A DNA stretch of 64,000 nt from a virus. The stretch lies in IMG/VR virus record IMGVR_UViG_3300032053_000017, positions 1 to 64,000 of that record; one strand, given 5' to 3'. The translations under genes were made by a program, and so were the position numbers. How positions within the stretch are numbered: the stretch's first letter is position 1; every line of letters begins with the position of its first letter. Below are positions 63,651-64,000 of the stretch, piece by piece. The notes under the pieces were generated by a model that had not been told where the DNA came from, searched no databases, and saw only the letters and a list, made by a program, of their open reading frames with translations.

Positions 63651-64000
63651 GGATCATAGACAGCTCCCCAGAGGGTGGCCTGCAGATCTTCGACTGGGCA
63701 GACAACCTCGAGCAGGGGGCGTTTCACCAGGCGCGTGACATCGCGGCGTTGCCGTTCGCGTTCCATCATGTGGCTGTCATGGCTGACGGGCACCAGGGCT
63801 TTGGGATGCCGATCGGCGGGGTGCTCGCGACGCGCGGCGTCGTGGTCCCGAACGCGGTTGGCGTTGATATCGGCTGCGGGATGATAGCTGTCAGGACCGA
63901 CAGGTCGGTCTTCGGCTTGACGCCGGATACGCTCAAGAGGATCCTTGCAGACGTGCGTAGGACGGTTCCGCTTGGTTTGGGTAAGCGCCATGACCAGTCG
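63647..64000 (+). CDS. rtcB: RtcB RNA ligase (truncated at window end)
   Basis: Translated by eye: LPFAFHHVAVMADGHQGFGMPIGGVLAT...PNAVGVDIGCGM. Confidence 0.92.
   Translation, partial: MRIIDSSPEGGLQIFDWADNLEQGAFHQARDIAALPFAFHHVAVMADGHQGFGMPIGGVLATRGVVVPNAVGVDIGCGMIAVRTDRSVFGLTPDTLKRILADVRRTVPLGLGKRHDQS

Overview
A 64-kb stretch of a large, GC-rich tailed dsDNA phage genome (Caudoviricetes). Essentially all real genes are on the + strand and densely packed. Gene order: end of the tail module (tape-measure C-terminus, an intercalated RNase HII, tail proteins, a Cys-rich lysozyme/M23 protein); early and small genes (DUF932, PC4-like, SLOG); replication (UDG-fused PolA, RNA ligase, N-MTase, DnaB, DnaG, sigma-like factor, SSB, RecA); a DNA-modification cluster (~28.3-37 kb); packaging and head genes (terminase, portal, MuF, two GroES, RuvC); an array of 26 canonical tRNAs (every amino acid except Cys) mixed with aberrant tRNA-like and structured RNAs and two HNH genes; then peptide deformylase, a Pro/Thr-rich LPxAG surface protein and a truncated RtcB. 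The most striking observation is the modification cluster. A myo-inositol-1-phosphate synthase sits with an aGPT-Pplase2/amino-acid:DNA-transferase-like enzyme, a CX5R phosphatase, a 5-hmdU-DNA-kinase-like P-loop kinase, a dNMP kinase, an all-alpha dNTPase and a thymidylate-synthase homologue carrying the Asp that specifies dCMP. Together these suggest (inference) hypermodification of 5-hydroxymethylcytosine with inositol, which I do not know to have been described. The host is unknown; the PT-repeat sortase-type protein hints at a monoderm such as Chloroflexota. All calls come from reading motifs by eye, with no database searches.
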